A DNA stretch of 64,000 nt from an uncultured Thiomicrospira sp. GTDB taxonomy: Bacteria > Pseudomonadota > Gammaproteobacteria > CAKMZV01. The notes under the pieces are model-generated. The model made no database searches. It worked only from the letters and a program-made list of their open reading frames with translations, and was not told the origin of the DNA. The position numbers and the translations under genes were made by a program. The stretch covers positions 448,001-512,000 of the forward strand of contig OZ239628.1 in the NCBI GenBank assembly GCA_965195345.1. The letters run 5' to 3'. Every line of letters starts with the position of its first letter. The stretch's first letter is position 1. Shown here in pieces: positions 62,355-64,000 of the stretch.

Positions 62355-63224
62355 ATGTCTGAAATTTCAATGCGCGAGCTATTCGAAGTTGGTGCTCACT
62401 TTGGCCATCAGAAACGTTTCTGGAATCCCAATATGCATAACTATGTTTATGGTGTGCGAAACGGTTCTCATATTATCAATCTTGAAAAAACAGTACCCAT
62501 GTTGAAGGACGCTCTCAATTTCGTTTCCAAAGTGGTTGCTGGAGGTGGAACAGTTTTATTTGTTGGAACAAAACGAACAGCAAGTAAGACAATACGTGAG
62601 CAGGCAGAAAGGTGTGGCATGCCTTATGTGTCTCATCGTTGGTTGGGAGGGATGCTAACGAACTTCAAAACAATAAAACAATCAATAAATCGATTAAAAG
62701 AACTTGAGTCTCAAAAGGCAAATAATGTATTTGATCGTTTGACGAAGAAAGAAGCTTTGATGCGGACGCGAGAAATGGAAAAGCTTGAAAGGAACCTCAG
62801 TGGTATAAAAAACATGGAAGGGATGCCTGATATAATTTTCGTGATGGACGTTCGCCATGAAAAAATAGCAATTTCTGAAGCGAAAGCCATGACAAATCCT
62901 ATATCGGTGGTTGGAATTGTTGATACAAATAGTTCTCCTCAAAACGTAGATTATGTTATTCCTGCAAATGATGATGCTGCAAGGGCTATTGAATATTACA
63001 CTCGACATATTGCCGACGCAGTTATAAATGCCAATAGAGACATCGTAGAAGAAAAAGTATTTGTTGGCGAAGAAGGTGCTCCTGTAGAGTCAGAAGAGAC
63101 TGTAGAATTGGAATCTATAGTAACGGAAGAAGTTACTGTTGCAGAGCTGGAAGAAGCTGTTGAACTTGATAAAGAAGTTGCCACAGATGAAGCATCGGTG
63201 ACTACGGAATCGGAGGAAAAATGA
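62355..63224 (+). CDS. rpsB: 30S ribosomal protein S2 with acidic C-terminal extension
   Basis: [31 protein letters not shown]. Confidence 0.98.
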   Translation: MSEISMRELFEVGAHFGHQKRFWNPNMHNYVYGVRNGSHIINLEKTVPMLKDALNFVSKVVAGGGTVLFVGTKRTASKTIREQAERCGMPYVSHRWLGGMLTNFKTIKQSINRLKELESQKANNVFDRLTKKEALMRTREMEKLERNLSGIKNMEGMPDIIFVMDVRHEKIAISEAKAMTNPISVVGIVDTNSSPQNVDYVIPANDDAARAIEYYTRHIADAVINANRDIVEEKVFVGEEGAPVESEETVELESIVTEEVTVAELEEAVELDKEVATDEASVTTESEEK

Positions 63225-64000
63225 GTATTACGGCATCGTTGGTAAAAGAACTGCGTGAAAGAACTGGCGCAGGTATGATGGAGTGTAAAAAATCATTAAT
63301 AGAAACAAACGGTGACATAGAGCTTGCCATAGAAACTATGCGCAAAAAAGGGATGGCTCAAGCTGACAAAAAAGCAGGACGCATCGCGGCCGATGGTCTT
63401 ATTGTTATTGCCTCAAACGCTGATGGTAATCGCTCTGCTATTGTTGAAGTAAACTCAGAAACCGATTTTGTGGCAAAGGGCGATGAGTTTAGCAACTTTG
63501 CAAATGCTGTGGCTGAAGCAATATTGAATGCGCAAGTTGAAAGTGTAGACGATATATCATCGCTGTCTTTGGAAAATGGGATGAAAATTGAAGATACACG
63601 GCGTGCCTTAATTGCAAAGCTTGGCGAGAATATTGCTATACGGAGGGCGAAATGCATCAATTCTTCAGGTCGAGTGGGGCATTACATCCATAATTCTAAA
63701 ATCGGAGTAGTAGTGACTTTTGAGGGTGGAGATGTGAATTTAGGACGTGATATTGCTATGCACGTAGCTGCCTCTAATCCTCAGGCTATTGATGAGAGTG
63801 GCATTGATGCAACTTTGATTGAAAAGGAGCGGGCTATTTTTATCGATCAAGCAGCGCAATCAGGGAAGCCTGAAAATATTATCCAAAAAATGGTTGACGG
63901 GCGCATTAATAAATTCCTGAAAGAAATTACACTTGTTAATCAACCGTTTGTGAAAGATTCAGATATAACAGTTGGAAAACTTCTTAAAGAAAATAATTGT
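63221..64000 (+). CDS. tsf: Elongation factor Ts (3' partial)
   Basis: Manual translation [35 protein letters not shown]; ATGA overlap with rpsB. Confidence 0.97.
   Translation, partial: MSITASLVKELRERTGAGMMECKKSLIETNGDIELAIETMRKKGMAQADKKAGRIAADGLIVIASNADGNRSAIVEVNSETDFVAKGDEFSNFANAVAEAILNAQVESVDDISSLSLENGMKIEDTRRALIAKLGENIAIRRAKCINSSGRVGHYIHNSKIGVVVTFEGGDVNLGRDIAMHVAASNPQAIDESGIDATLIEKERAIFIDQAAQSGKPENIIQKMVDGRINKFLKEITLVNQPFVKDSDITVGKLLKENNC

Overview
AT-rich chromosomal window from a divergent, probably marine or host-associated Gammaproteobacterium (taxonomy inferred from 16S and protein motifs). From left to right it holds: (1) a complete taurine catabolic locus, with tauABC-tauXY-pta-CobS-like AAA+ running leftward and xsc-soeABC rightward; (2) housekeeping genes; (3) an unusual rRNA locus, 16S - tRNA-Ala - Bor/Iss-family lipoprotein gene - tRNA-Ile, with no 23S/5S downstream; (4) a ~5.8 kb phage-satellite-like island integrated in tRNA-Ile (integrase, cargo, AlpA, wHTH, YagK/Inovirus-Gp2 HUH protein, small terminase); (5) hglS, an aminotransferase and a Mn/Zn ABC transporter with MntR; (6) an MNIO (DUF692) RiPP locus whose precursor carries nine 15-aa EEGKCGEGKCGGEKS repeats; (7) apt-luxS-mtnN, the str operon, bamD-rluD-pgeF, radC with a decayed tandem copy of its 3' end, and rpsB-tsf with a t44-like leader. 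All family calls come from motif recognition by eye; no database searches were run.
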